A stretch of 59,501 bases of DNA, the filler included, from Octopus bimaculoides (lineage: Eukaryota): assembly GCF_001194135.2 (NCBI RefSeq). It is 4 parts of 4 records of this genome, joined end to end, with 100 filler letters (N's around TTAATTAATTAA, not from the genome) between each part and the next. Parts side by side here need not be neighbours in the genome. Positions count along the whole stretch, not along the records: positions 1 to 26,437 come from NC_069007.1; 3 more parts are not named here. One strand, written 5' to 3'. The notes under the pieces were generated by a model. The model did no database searches, was not told the DNA's origin, and saw only the letters and a list, made by a program, of their open reading frames with translations. The first letter of the stretch is position 1; each line of letters begins with the position of its first letter. Both the position numbers and the translations under genes were made by a program. Positions 1-13,192 of this stretch are shown here, piece by piece.

Positions 1-905
1 GAGGAGGAGGATGATGTTGGTGGTGGTGGTGATGATGATGATGCTATTGATGATGATGATGATGATGAGAAGGAGGAGGTTGCGGTGGTGATGATGATGA
101 CGATGTTGAGAAGGAGGAGAAGGGGGTGGTGGTGAGGATGATGACGGTGATGATGAGGATGAGGAGGAGGAGGATGGTGTTGGTGGTGGTGGTGATGATG
201 ATGATGATATTGATGATGATGATGATGATGAGAAGGAGGAGGCTGCGGTGGTGATGATGATGATGATGACGATGATGAGAAGGAGGAGGTTGCGGTGGTG
301 ATGATGATGATGATGATGATGATAAGGAGGAGGTTGCGGTGATGATGATGATGATGATGATGACGGTGATGATGAGGATGGCGATGATAATGATGATGGC
401 GGTGACGATGATGATGATGATGATGAGAAGGAAGAGAAGGATGATGTTGGTGGTCATGATGATGATGAGGACGGTGTTGCTTAGTCTTGGGTTTATGGTG
501 ATTAGGGATAACGACGACGACGACGACGACGATAGCGAGGATGATGATGATGATGATGGTAGTGGCATTGGTGCTAATTATGGAGTGATGAAGACAGCGG
601 TGGCGGCGAGGATAGGAGCTCGGATTAGATTAATTGTAGTAGCGGTTGTGGTAGCCGTGGTGGTAACAGTAGATAATATGGGAGGAATGAGGGTGGTGGT
701 GGCGTTGCTGGCAGTAGTTATGTTTATTATGATGATGGTGATGGTGATGGAGGTGAAAGTCACGTCTACAACAATGATGATGATGATGATGACAGTAATG
801 GTAATGGTGGTGGTAGTGGTGGTAGTTAGAGTGCAGGTTGCAGTAGTGATGACAACGATGGTAATGGTGGTTGCTGTGATGGCGATAGTAGAAGCAATCT
901 AGGCA

Positions 906-970
<65 letters not shown>

Positions 971-995
971 ATAGTAGTAGTAGTAGTAGTAGTAA

Positions 996-1026
<31 letters not shown>

Positions 1027-1689
1027 CATGAAGTTGCAAAAGACAGTGGTGGTAGTGGTGATGGTGCTGGTGCTGGTGATGGTGATGGTGGTGGTGGTAG
1101 TTGTGGTGATGGCATCATCATCGACACCACCACCACCACCACCACCATCGTTACCATCATCATCATCATCATCATCATCATCATTGGTATGATCGTGATT
1201 TCAGCACCATCACCATCATCACACCAAATATAACCACTACTACAGCACCCCCACCCACCCACGACCACGACCACCAGCACCTCCCCCCATCATCATCATC
1301 ATCATCATTATTATCCACATGGTGGAGTGGTGGTGATAGCGTTGGTACCGATGGTGTTTCTGGCAGGGTTTAGTGGTTTTGCTGTTACGAAAGGAGCGGT
1401 GTTGTGCTGCCGTTTGCAAATTTTGGCGGTGGTGGAGATAATGGGGGAGAAGGTGGGGGAGAGGGTAATAACGGGGAATTTAGGGGTGGTGGAGTTGGTG
1501 GTTCTGGTGGTGGTGTGGGGTGTGTGTGCTTGCGGCGGCGCTGGTTGTTTGTTTGACACCTTGAAACTTTTAAACGGCAGCGTTTCATTCAACACCATTC
1601 TCTTAGCTGTCAAATCTATGAAATACCGCATTTTGAAGATGGTGACGATTATGATGATGGTGATGATGATGATGATGATGAGGATGATG

Positions 1690-1729
<40 letters not shown>

Positions 1730-2145
1730 GGATGATGATGATGATGATGATGATGATAGGGTTGTTAATGATGATGAAGGTATGATGATGATGATGATGA
1801 TAATGATGATGATCATCATAAAGTTGATGATGATGGTGATGATGATGATGATAATGATGATGATGACGATGATGATGATGATGATGTTAATGATCCCGAT
1901 GATGATGATGATGATGATGATGATAGGAATGTGAATGACGATGATGATGATGATGACGATGACGATGACGGCCATGGTGATGATAGGAATGTGAATGATG
2001 ATGATGATGATGATGACGATGATGACGATGATGATGATGATGATGGTGATGATGATGGTGATGATGATAATGATGGGGGTAATAATCACCATACGGCTGC
2101 AGCTGATACCACTAATGTTAATGATGGCACCGATGATGATGATGG

Positions 2146-2176
<31 letters not shown>

Positions 2177-2256
2177 GATGATGGTGATGATGAGGAATTT
2201 GACGATGATGCCGTTTGTAACGGTGATGGTGATGCTGTGGATGATGGGAGATGATA
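1..2256. repeat. Compound trinucleotide microsatellite field (GAT/GGT/GAC/GAG), including pure (TAG)n at about 906-1026
   Basis: Directly visible triplet tracts; the poly-M/D/I/S/H/T ORFs in all frames are their translation. Confidence 0.97.
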
Positions 2257-2749
2257 NNNNNNNNNNNNNNNNNNNNNNNNNNNNNNNNNNNNNNNNNNNN
2301 NNNNNNNNNNNNNNNNNNNNNNNNNNNNNNNNNNNNNNNNNNNNNNNNNNNNNNNNNNNNNNNNNNNNNNNNNNNNNNNNNNNNNNNNNNNNNNNNNNNN
2401 NNNNNNNNNNNNNNNNNNNNNNNNNNNNNNNNNATATGTGTGATACCTACATGTGTGCGTGTGTGTGTAAATATATATGTATGTATGTCTATATGCATAC
2501 ACACATATATGTATACAAATATACACCTATAGACATACACACATATATGTATGTGTATATATACGTATATATATGCGTGTGTGTGCATCTATGTGTGTGT
2601 GTATATACATACGCACATATATGTGTACGAACGCATGTATATACATAGATACAAAATACACAAAGCTATACTCTCATGTATGAAGACATAGGAACGTATG
2701 CACACAGTTGTATGAATGGATGTAGTCTGTATGAAATTGTGTGTATGTA

Positions 2750-2781
<32 letters not shown>

Positions 2782-2811
2782 AGCGAATGCCTGAATTATG
2801 TGTGTGTAATA

Positions 2812-3051
2812 TACTCTTTTACTCTTTCCCTCTTTTATTTGTTTCAGTCAATTGACTGCGGCCAAGCTGGAGCACCACCTTTAGTCGAACGAATTGACCC
2901 CAGGACATATTCTTTGTAAGCCTATTACTTATTCTATCGGTCTGTTTTGCCGAACCGTTAAGTTACGGTGACATAAACACACTAGCATCGGATGTCAAGC
3001 GATGGTTGGGTACAAACACAGACACACACACAGACACACACACAGATACAG

Positions 3052-3103
<52 letters not shown>

Positions 3104-3166
3104 TCGACGGTCTTCTTTCAGTTTCCGTGTACCAAATCTACTCGTAAGGCTTTCGTCGACCTGGGA
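2812..3166 (-). mobile_element. SINE family A copy, 3' two-thirds (head lost in the gap), with internal (CA)n
   Basis: Reverse complement matches the copy at 54229-54650 (GGCGGTGCTCCAGCATGGCCGCAGTCAAATGACTGAAAC-like block and GAGTAAAA-type tail). Confidence 0.9.
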
Positions 3167-4137
3167 NNNNNNNNNNNNNNNNNNNNNNNNNNNNNNNNNN
3201 NNNNNNNNNNNNNNNNNNNNNNNNNNNNNNNNNNNNNNNNNNNNNNNNNNNNNNNNNNNNNNNNNNNNNNNNNNNNNNNNNNNNNNNNNNNNNNNNNNNN
3301 NNNNNNNNNNNNNNNNNNNNNNNNNNNNNNNNNNNNNNNNNNNNNNNNNNNNNNNNNNNNNNNNNNNNNNNNNNNNNNNNNNNNNNNNNNNNNNNNNNNN
3401 NNNNNNNNNNNNNNNNNNNNNNNNNNNNNNNNNNNNNNNNNNNNNNNNNNNNNNNNNNNNNNNNNNNNNNNNNNNNNNNNNNNNNNNNNNNNNNNNNNNN
3501 NNNNNNNNNNNNNNNNNNNNNNNNNNNNNNNNNNNNNNNNNNNNNNNNNNNNNNNNNNNNNNNNNNNNNNNNNNNNNNNNNNNNNNNNNNNNNNNNNNNN
3601 NNNNNNNNNNNNNNNNNNNNNNNNNNNNNNNNNNNNNNNNNNNNNNNNNNNNNNNNNNNNNNNNNNNNNNNNNNNNNNNNNNNNNNNNNNNNNNNNNNNN
3701 NNNNNNNNNNNNNNNNNNNNNNNNNNNNNNNNNNNNNNNNNNNNNNNNNNNNNNNNNNNNNNNNNNNNNNNNNNNNNNNNNNNNNNNNNNNNNNNNNNNN
3801 NNNNNNNNNNNNNNNNNNNNNNNNNNNNNNNNNNNNNNNNNNNNNNNNNNNNNNNNNNNNNNNNNNNNNNNNNNNNNNNNNNNNNNNNNNNNNNNNNNNN
3901 NNNNNNNNNNNNNNNNNNNNNNNNNNNNNNNNNNNNNNNNNNNNNNNNNNNNNNNNNNNNNNNNNNNNNNNNNNNNNNNNNNNNNNNNNNNNNNNNNNNN
4001 NNNNNNNNNNNNNNNNNNNNNNNNNNNNNNNNNNNNNNNNNNNNNNNNNNNNNNNNNNNNNNNNNNNNNNNNNNNNNNNNNNNNNNNNNNNNNNNNNNNN
4101 NNNNNNNNNNNNNNNNNNNNNNNNNNNNNNNNNNNNN

Positions 4138-4165
<28 letters not shown>

Positions 4166-4168
<3 letters not shown>

Positions 4169-4297
4169 CTCCTTTCGGTTGAAGAGCGTAGGCTCGAAAC
4201 GTAAAGGACTTTCTCACCTTCCCAAGCGTCAAACTAATAACCTGCTAGTTGTCTATGCTCCTGTCTTCGTCTTTTGTTTTTCTGTAAGTTTCAACTA
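4166..4297 (+). mobile_element. Penelope-like (PLE) terminal-repeat fragment, copy 1
   Basis: Homologous to 15660-15876 (+) and 48643-48790 (-). Carries TTGAAGAGCGTAGGCTCGAAACGT, resembling the GA..GAAACGT motif of PLE ends. PLE assignment is inference. Confidence 0.55.
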
Positions 4298-4914
4298 GAT
4301 ATATATGCCTACATACATACATACATACATACACATCTAGAATGTTTGGTAAACAAAATACTCAGATTTTCATGAAATTTGATCTCCGACTGAAAACATG
4401 AAACTAACGTGCTCTTAACTATATTAAATAATTTCTACTCATTTCCATTCAGAACTCTCAAAACTATTCCGCACGTATTCCAATTTGCTCTACACATCAA
4501 GAAGCTTCTAGATACATCATTTTCTTTCAGAGCTGATATTTCCTAATTATTTCATATCCTCTTACATAAAGTTCTCCTAGTTAAATTTCAGAATTTTACA
4601 GGTACAAATGTGCATAATATTTAAGACATTCTCCAAATGACTTATCGATTGACATATTTTAACCCTTATTCGAGAATTGAACTGAGCTGCCTTGTCCCAG
4701 AATGCACTGGATGTTCCAAACAGAAATGAATAGTACTTACAGTTTGTACTTAATGGCACGTTTAGTTATTAGTTATTTATTTTTATTTGTTAGGGTATTA
4801 TTAGTTAGGATCCGAGTATTGATATTCCGTTTGAAGCCGCATTTTATGAAAGGTTAAGTAATCGGATGGATTAACCAGCTTTTATCTAATACGCACAGAA
4901 GCGTGACTATCTAC

Positions 4915-5065
4915 CTTTCTATCTATCTATCTATCTATTTATCTATCTGTCAGGCTGTCTGTCTGTCCATCCGTCTGTCTGTCTATCTAACCGTCCATCC
5001 ACCTATCTAACCATCCATTCATCTATCTATCTACCTATCTATCTGTTTGTCTGTTAGGCTGTCTG

Positions 5066-5125
<60 letters not shown>

Positions 5126-5233
5126 ACCGTCCATCCACCTATCTAACCATCCATCTTTCTGTCTGCCTGTCCGTCTATCCGTCCGTCCGTCCGTCCGTCT
5201 ATCTATCCATCCATCCATCCATCTGTCTATCTA

Positions 5234-5286
<53 letters not shown>

Positions 5287-5290
5287 ATGT
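4915..5290. repeat. (TATC)n/(TGTC)n/(TCCA)n tetranucleotide field
   Basis: Directly visible. Confidence 0.95.
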
Positions 5291-5419
5291 ATGTACCTAC
5301 GTATGCCATCTGTGTGTATGTGTGTTAAGATGTATATATTGTAATTTGTTAAGGATTAATATTTTAATATTTCAAGAACAGATTTAAGTAATTAAATTAT
5401 CATATATAGATATCGCCAA

Positions 5420-5980
5420 TACCACAACAGCCACCACCATTCACCCCAACCACCACCATCATCCCCCAACCACCACCATCATCCCCCAACCACCATCACC
5501 ACGGGCGCCATTGCAACAAAAAACCTTATTATCATTGTCATATTCAATACTACTACAAACACACCGCCATCAGAACCACACCAACAACACTGCAGCCGAC
5601 ACCCATACCACTGCAGCTATTACAGACAATGCCAATAAAAGCATTACTAGTAACACAGCCACCACAACCACCACCACCACCACCACCACCACTACCACCG
5701 CTATCAGTACCATCACTACCACCAGTACGATCACCACTGCTGTCACCACCACTACTATAAATACTACTACTGCCACCGCCATCGAAACAACAACAGGAAT
5801 ATCCTACCACCGCATTCACTAGGACCATTACCACTACCACCAACACCACCACCACCACCACCACCGCCACCGTAACCACTATCAGTGCAACTATCACTCG
5901 TACCACTGTCACAACTACGAATACCACCTCGTCCACCACTACTACTACTAGTGTATACTACCACTCGTACCACTGCTAAA

Positions 5981-6015
<35 letters not shown>

Positions 6016-7253
6016 AATCACCACTGCAACTACTAACAATGCTACTACCACTCATACTGTCGCCGCAACTAACAACACCAACCAAGAGCACCACAACAAC
6101 AGATAAATCCTACCACTATCTCCACTACAACCACCACCATCATACCATCCACACTACCGCCATAACCACCACCGCTACCATTACTACTACGACTAGTATC
6201 GCCGCCGTCTACAGCTCCACCAACAGATGCACAACCACCGCCACTACCACCACCACCATTCTCAACATCACCACCATCATCACCAACACCATTACCACCA
6301 CGACTACTACCTCGACCACCACGACCACGACAACCACAAGCACCACCACCATCCTCACCAACACCATCGCCACGACAGTCACCATTAACACCAGCACCAC
6401 CACGAACACTCTCACCACCACCACCACCACCACCACCACTAACCCCAATANNNNNNNNNNNNNNNNNNNNNNNNNNNNNNNNNNNNNNNNNNNNNNNNNN
6501 NNNNNNNNNNNNNNNNNNNNNNNNNNNNNNNNNNNNNNNNNNNNNNNNNNNNNNNNNNNNNNNNNNNNNNNNNNNNNNNNNNNNNNNNNNNNNNNNNNNN
6601 NNNNNNNNNNNNNNNNNNNNNNNNNNNNNNNNNNNNNNNNNNNNNNNNNNNNNNNNNNNNNNNNNNNNNNNNNNNNNNNNNNNNNNNNNNNNNNNNNNNN
6701 NNNNNNNNNNNNNNNNNNNNNCGGCCACGAAGACCACCCCACCCACCTTCCCCACACCCCTCTACCATCCGGCTCATGATCTTCCATACATTTCTATAGA
6801 AATGCTTGTCAGTGAATGGTTGATTGATACCGCTAGGTGGCAGAACAATCGGCCCACTACACAAGGTTGAGTAGAGAGAACGCGATTTCTGGCGATAAAT
6901 GATAATTACTCCGCTGCTGCTGCTGCTGTTGTTGTTGCTGTTGTTGTTGTTGTTGCTGTCGTGGCTGTTGTTGTTGTTGGTGGTGTTGTTGATCATGATG
7001 GTAATGCTGCTGATGATGTTAATAGTGGTAGTGGTGATGATGGTTACGTGGGCTGCTGATAATCGTAATGAATTTGATGATGACGATGTTGATGATGATA
7101 ATGATGGTTATGTTGAAGGTGATGACGATGATGATGATGTTGAAGACGATGATGATGATGACGATGATCATGATAATGATGATAATGATGATGTTGAAGA
7201 TGATGAGAAGGATGATGATGGTGAAGATGATGGTGATGATGATGATGATAGTG

Positions 7254-7285
<32 letters not shown>

Positions 7286-7330
7286 GGTGATGATGGTGAT
7301 GATGATGATGATGATCAAGATAATTATATA
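5420..7330. repeat. Trinucleotide low-complexity field (ACC/ACT/AAC, then GCT/GTT/GAT), gapped
   Basis: Directly visible; source of the Thr-rich and Asp-rich ORFs. Confidence 0.93.
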
Positions 7331-7774
7331 AAAGTGATGATGGTTATGTTGAAGCTTGCGCTATAAGCAACAATGATTACACACATACATGCATATGCGT
7401 TAATGTACGCCTGTTTGTGTGTATGTGTGTATNNNNNNNNNNNNNNNNNNNNNNNNNNNNNNNNNNNNNNNNNNNNNNNNNNNNNNNNNNNNNNNNNNNN
7501 NNNNNNNNNNNNNNNNNNNNNNNNNNNNNNNNNNNNNNNNNNNNNNNNNNNNNNNNNNNNNNNNNNNNNNNNNNNNNNNNNNNNNNNNNNNNNNNNNNNN
7601 NNNNNNNNNNNNNNNNNNNNNNNNNNNNNNNNNNNNNNNNNNNNNNNNNNNNNNNNNNNNNNNNNNNNNNNNNNNNNNNNNNNNNNNNNNNNNNNNNNNN
7701 NNNNNNNNNNNNNNNNNNNNNNNNNNNNNNNNNNNNNNNNNNNNNNNNNNNNNTTTGAATTCATAACACAAATA

Positions 7775-7789
7775 ATAATGATAATAATC

Positions 7790-7870
<81 letters not shown>

Positions 7871-7900
7871 TTAATAATACGGTTAATAATGATAATAATA
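7775..7900. repeat. (AAT)n microsatellite
   Basis: Directly visible. Confidence 0.97.
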
Positions 7901-7966
7901 AACGGAAATACAAAATGTACCACTTTTATGAAAGGAAATAAATTCTACCACATATGTTGAAAGAAA

Positions 7967-8483
7967 TTACGTAAGATCTTTTGGGTAAACAACATTCTTT
8001 GTTTTCTCGTTTGGAGCATAGACGAATAAGTCTTGCAAACTACCAACCCTGGAGCAACCCTCATAAAGTTGACCATGAGAAAAGTAAGCCAGTAGATTTC
8101 AAAGACTGACCTTGAGCTTTATTAATAGACATTGCAAAGCAAAGTCGCACTGGGAATTGTACCTCAAATGGCATGTCTGCTGGTCTGATTGGAATTTTCG
8201 GAATGAAAACCTCTTTCCCAGAGGCACATCCAGTGATGATGGTAGCTTTTGTTACATTAGGTGATAATGTCTTCATGGTCAACCTTGTCTCATTGTATAA
8301 TTTAAGAGGATCTAAATTTCTTAGAAGCATTATTGGGACTCCTACCTTCAGAAAAGATTCATGTGGAAGAGTTCCACGTGGCTCAAGAGAATTATGGAAC
8401 TCTGTTGGGTAATAGACAGCTTGATTTTCATCAAGGACTGAATCAACTGAGTTGTACTTCTTAATGACTGTTGGAATCTTATT
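7967..8483 (-). pseudogene. Helitron RepHel PIF1-like helicase, C-terminal fragment, frameshifted
   Basis: Reads ..YPTEFHNSLEPRGTLPHESFLKVGVPIMLLRNLDPLKLYNETRL..FPVRLCFAMSINKAQGQSL, then after a frameshift SHGQLYEGCSRVGSLQDLFVYAPNEKTKNVVYPKDLT* (stop 7967-7969). These are the hallmark motifs of Helitron PIF1 helicases. Upstream is (TC)n rather than the rest of the ORF. Confidence 0.93.
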
Positions 8484-8636
8484 GTGAGTGAGAGAGAGAG
8501 AGAGAGAGAGGGAGGGTGAATACCAGTTAGATATCACTCTCGCTCTCTCTGTCACACAATCACACATACATACGAAAAAGATGTATGGATATGTATTTAT
8601 GTATGTCCGTATACATGACAACACACCCCATTCACT

Positions 8637-8740
<104 letters not shown>

Positions 8741-8936
8741 AATGTATACAAACGTACATACAAAAATACACGTGTGCGTGTGTGACTGACAACACATACA
8801 CAGAGCTGAACACGGCGTGCAAAAACAAAATAGATTAGAATATTTTTACGGAAATGAACGAAACGTGCGAGTTCAGAACGATATCAAAACTGGAGTGTGT
8901 ATGTGTGTGTGTTTTGAGAGAGTGAGAGAGAGATAG

Positions 8937-9001
<65 letters not shown>

Positions 9002-9059
9002 ATTGCAAACAATGAATGAGATAAACATGGAATGAAAAGATTGTATAAATAAAAGCACG

Positions 9060-9382
9060 TTGAAAATTACCTTGTACCGAATATTTAAATTTGCGAACTT
9101 AGTAAATATTCCTTTTAGTAATTTATCGTAGCTGTTTACAAACAGCGAACATTAAAATAGAGTGTGAGAGACTACGCCATTTTTACGTCAATACCGGAAG
9201 TTGACATTGAGGAACGTTTTCAAAGAAGTGTATCGTAAATATAAAGCAATATTCTTTATTTTTAATTAAAAAAATCAAATGAAGAGCCTAACATATGCCC
9301 GAGGTCAAATTATGGAAGCACTTGGTGAAGCCGTTTTCGCGTGGAAAGCGAATGCACACATATCTCTATTTTATATATTAGA
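9060..9382 (-). mobile_element. Candidate Helitron-type 5' terminal region
   Basis: Minus strand reads A|TCTAATATATAAAATAGAGATA..CCACGCGAAAACGGCT, i.e. 5'-TC after A as in Helitrons, on the same strand as and upstream of the helicase remnant. Similarity recalled, not computed. Confidence 0.4.
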
Positions 9383-9515
9383 TATATAGGTTCCTGTGTC
9401 TGTATGCGTGTGCACTAAATTCATACGTCAAAGCTGAGACTGAAAATTTGGTACAATTTTTAATTCCATGTTACACGTATTTCAATACAACGTAGGAAAT
9501 ACATAATCGATATGA

Positions 9516-9724
9516 TTTCGGCTCAAGAACAGCAGTTTCGGGGATGTGGAGATTAAGTTGATTACATTGACCGCATTGCTCAACTGGTACTTATTTCATC
9601 GACCCCGAAAGGATGAAAGGCAATGTCTACCTCAGCGGAAAATTCAATTCAGAACATACAGATGGGTGAAATATCTCTAAGCGTTTTGCGTGGTATGCTA
9701 ACGATTTAGTCAGGTCTCCACCTT
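9516..9724 (-). mobile_element. SINE family B copy (degraded)
   Basis: Contains GGTACTTATTTCATCGACCCCGAAAGGATGAAAGGC, the reverse complement of the family-B core seen at more than 15 loci here. Confidence 0.85.
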
Positions 9725-9744
9725 GTTTATGAATATAAATATTC

Positions 9745-9895
9745 GTTTCTACCATTGAAACAAGGCTGAAAATTTTGGGGAAAGGGGCTAGTAGATAATT
9801 TTGACCTCAGTACCCAAATGGTACCTACATAATCGACCCCGAAATGGATGAACAGCAAAGTCGATCTCGGAGTAATTTGAACTCAGAACGTAAAG
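9745..9895 (-). mobile_element. SINE family B copy, head-truncated
   Basis: ATCGACCCCGAAATGGATGAA..GTCGATCTCGG..ATTTGAACTCAGAACGT. Confidence 0.8.
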
Positions 9896-9975
9896 ATCTA
9901 TCTATCTGTCTACGTATCTATCTTACTATTTATCTTTTTAGTTCTCTCTCTCTCTATCTCTCTCTATCTCTCTCC

Positions 9976-10015
<40 letters not shown>

Positions 10016-11010
10016 NNNNNNNNNNNNNNNNNNNNNNNNNNNNNNNNNNNNNNNNNNNNNNNNNNNNNNNNNNNNNNNNNNNNNNNNNNNNNNNNNNNNN
10101 NNNNNNNNNNNNNNNNNNNNNNNNNNNNNNNNNNNNNNNNNNNNNNNNNNNNNNNNNNNNNNNNNNNNNNNNNNNNNNNNNNNNNNNNNNNNNNNNNNNN
10201 NNNNNNNNNNNNNNNNNNNNNNNNNNNNNNNNNNNNNNNNNNNNNNNNNNNNNNNNNNNNNNNNNNNNNNNNNNNNNNNNNNNNNNNNNNNNNNNNNNNN
10301 NNNNNNNNNNNNNNNNNNNNNNNNNNNNNNNNNNNNNNNNNNNNNNNNNNNNNNNNNNNNNNNNNNNNNNNNNNNNNNNNNNNNNNNNNNNNNNNNNNNN
10401 NNNNNNNNNNNNNNNNNNNNNNNNNNNNNNNNNNNNNNNNNNNNNNNNNNNNNNNNNNNNNNNNNNNNNNNNNNNNNNNNNNNNNNNNNNNNNNNNNNNN
10501 NNNNNNNNNNNNNNNNNNNNNNNNNNNNNNNNNNNNNNNNNNNNNNNNNNNNNNNNNNNNNNNNNNNNNNNNNNNNNNNNNNNNNNNNNNNNNNNNNNNN
10601 NNNNNNNNNNNNNNNNNNNNNNNNNNNNNNNNNNNNNNNNNNNNNNNNNNNNNNNNNNNNNNNNNNNNNNNNNNNNNNNNNNNNNNNNNNNNNNNNNNNN
10701 NNNNNNNNNNNNNNNNNNNNNNNNNNNNNNNNNNNNNNNNNNNNNNNNNNNNNNNNNNNNNNNNNNNNNNNNNNNNNNNNNNNNNNNNNNNNNNNNNNNN
10801 NNNNNNNNNNNNNNNNNNNNNNNNNNNNNNNNNNNNNNNNNNNNNNNNNNNNNNNNNNNNNNNNNNNNNNNNNNNNNNNNNNNNNNNNNNNNNNNNNNNN
10901 NNNNNNNNNNNNNNNNNNNNNNNNNNNNNNNNNNNNNNNNNNNNNNNNNNNNNNNNNNNNNNNNNNNNNNNNNNNNNNNNNNNNNNNNNNNNNNNNNNNN
11001 NNNNNNNNNN

Positions 11011-11076
<66 letters not shown>

Positions 11077-11414
11077 GTATATATATACACATACATATGT
11101 GTGTGTGTGTGTGTGCGTATACGTTTATATGAGCTACTTATGTATGTAACTACGTATATATAAATGCATATACATACATATGTATATGCACATAAATTCG
11201 TCTGTACATGTGTGTCCGTGTGTCCCTCATTGATCAATGCCTGGACAGTTTTGATTAAGTATATATATCTGACAATCTGTGGTGTCAGGGTAAGGACAAG
11301 GTCGCATCAACATCAAAGAGAATGTGTCGATGTAACACCAACGTTGTCTGTCTGTTCGTCGGTCGGTGTGTCTGTGCGTCAGTACGTCTGTGTGTCTGTA
11401 TGCCGGTCTACCGG

Positions 11415-11737
11415 TGACAACAACAACAGTGCTGATGCGAGCGACAGTGATGACGATGATGATGATGATGCTTGTGATGACGATGATGATGATGACGATT
11501 ATGATGATGATGACGATGGAGGTGGTGGTGATGAAGATAATGGAAAGAATAATGGCGATATTAATGAGTATTATATAATGAAGATGGTGATGATAATGAT
11601 GCTGCTGCTGGGGTTGTTGCCTTTGGTAATGATGATGATGATGATGGTGGTGGTGATGGTGGTGATGATGGTGGGGGTGATGGTGGTGATGATGGTGGGG
11701 GTGAACAACATGATCATGTTGTTACAGTTCTTGTAGG

Positions 11738-11773
<36 letters not shown>

Positions 11774-11982
11774 CGGCCACGATGATGATGATGATGATGA
11801 AGACGACGACGAGGACAACGTCGACGACGATGATGACGATGATGACGATGATGGCGATGATGACGATGGTGAATTACAGACTCGTTCCTGTCCGTGTATT
11901 GATGACAAACGAAAACCGCTGATAATCACTGATAATCACTGATAATCACTGAAGGAAACTGACGATGGTCAAGCAACAACAC

Positions 11983-12032
<50 letters not shown>

Positions 12033-12125
12033 GTGTTGGTGGTGCTACTGCCGCTGCAGCTGCTGCTTCCGGAAGTGGTGTTACCTATGCTCCTCTGCTG
12101 CTGCTCCTGGTAATGCTGATAATGG

Positions 12126-12193
<68 letters not shown>
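11415..12193. repeat. (GAT)n/(GGT)n trinucleotide field with a 10-bp tandem (CTGATAATCA)x3 near 11919-11950
   Basis: Directly visible. Confidence 0.93.
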
Positions 12194-12195
<2 letters not shown>

Positions 12196-13046
12196 TATAT
12201 ATACATGACTAGAAAGCTTGTTATTGCTGATGTCCTGTTTCTCCAAGAATATTTACTCCAGCATCCATACATACACCTTGTTAAATCACAGTCGAAACAG
12301 TGTTTTTATCCTAACATTCAACCTCTACACACTGTATTTATCTACGCATATCATCATCAATACCTTTGTGTATATTGTGTATATTTCGTATATGGTATAT
12401 GTTTGTATGGTTTAAAATCAATTTTGCTTCATCCGTGCGGGACTGGTACACATCACCAGATATGCAACAGATCGGCGACTGCAACTGGTTCGGAGGTGAT
12501 GCGAGTATCCGATACTGAAGAGCTACAAAAACAGCGAAATATCGATTGACATCGTCCGCGATCACCCACGGGGCGACTTGTCTAGTCTACTTTGCGGTAT
12601 TCCGCATCTTTACGGGACATTTTTTCTCTGATGATAATGATATATATCTGTGAGTGTGTGAGCGCGTGTGCATGCATACAGACATGTATGCGTAGACTTA
12701 CATATTTACATATACACACATAATATATATATGTTTGTGCGGAAGTATGTGAGTGGACAGATGAATGAAAAAGGCACTCAACACCCACATACACACATAT
12801 AGATCAACATCATCGCCACCATATTTATCGTCATCTTAATCATCATCATTGTCCATCTCGTTCGCCAGTTTTGCCGGACTGCTAAGATTACGAGGACGTA
12901 AAAGGCCGACAACGGCCGGCGGGCGGTGTGGCGAACAAAAACGAACACTCGCACACTCTTTCTCTCTCTCTCACACACACACCTATGAACATATTGACTT
13001 ACACACATACACACACATACTTAAACACACACACATATACATACAC

Positions 13047-13192
13047 TACGAGATTCTTTGAGCTTCCGTCTCCAAATCCACTCACAAGGCTTCGGTCTGC
13101 CCGAGGCTATAGTAGAAGATACTTGCTCAAGGTGCCATGCAGTGGGACTGAACGCATTACCAGATGATTGAGAAACGTCTTACCACACAGCC
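13047..13192 (-). mobile_element. SINE family A, 5' half
   Basis: Reverse complement of the head/core of 54229-54390 (GGCTGTGTGGTAAG..GTTCAGTCCCACTGC.TGGCACCTTG.GCAAGT.TCTTCTACTATAGCCTCGG). Confidence 0.88.

Noticed and set aside
44-2648. Long poly-Met/Asp/Ile/Ser/His ORFs (also 5511-7366, 11164-11929)
   Set aside because: Translations of stop-free triplet repeats, open in several frames and both strands, with no domain content
3002-4298. ORFs of 250-440 aa made mostly of X (also at 9.8-11.2, 13.1-14.2, 20.5-23.3, 45.0-47.6 and 58.2-59.1 kb)
   Set aside because: They run through N gaps and flanking dinucleotide repeats
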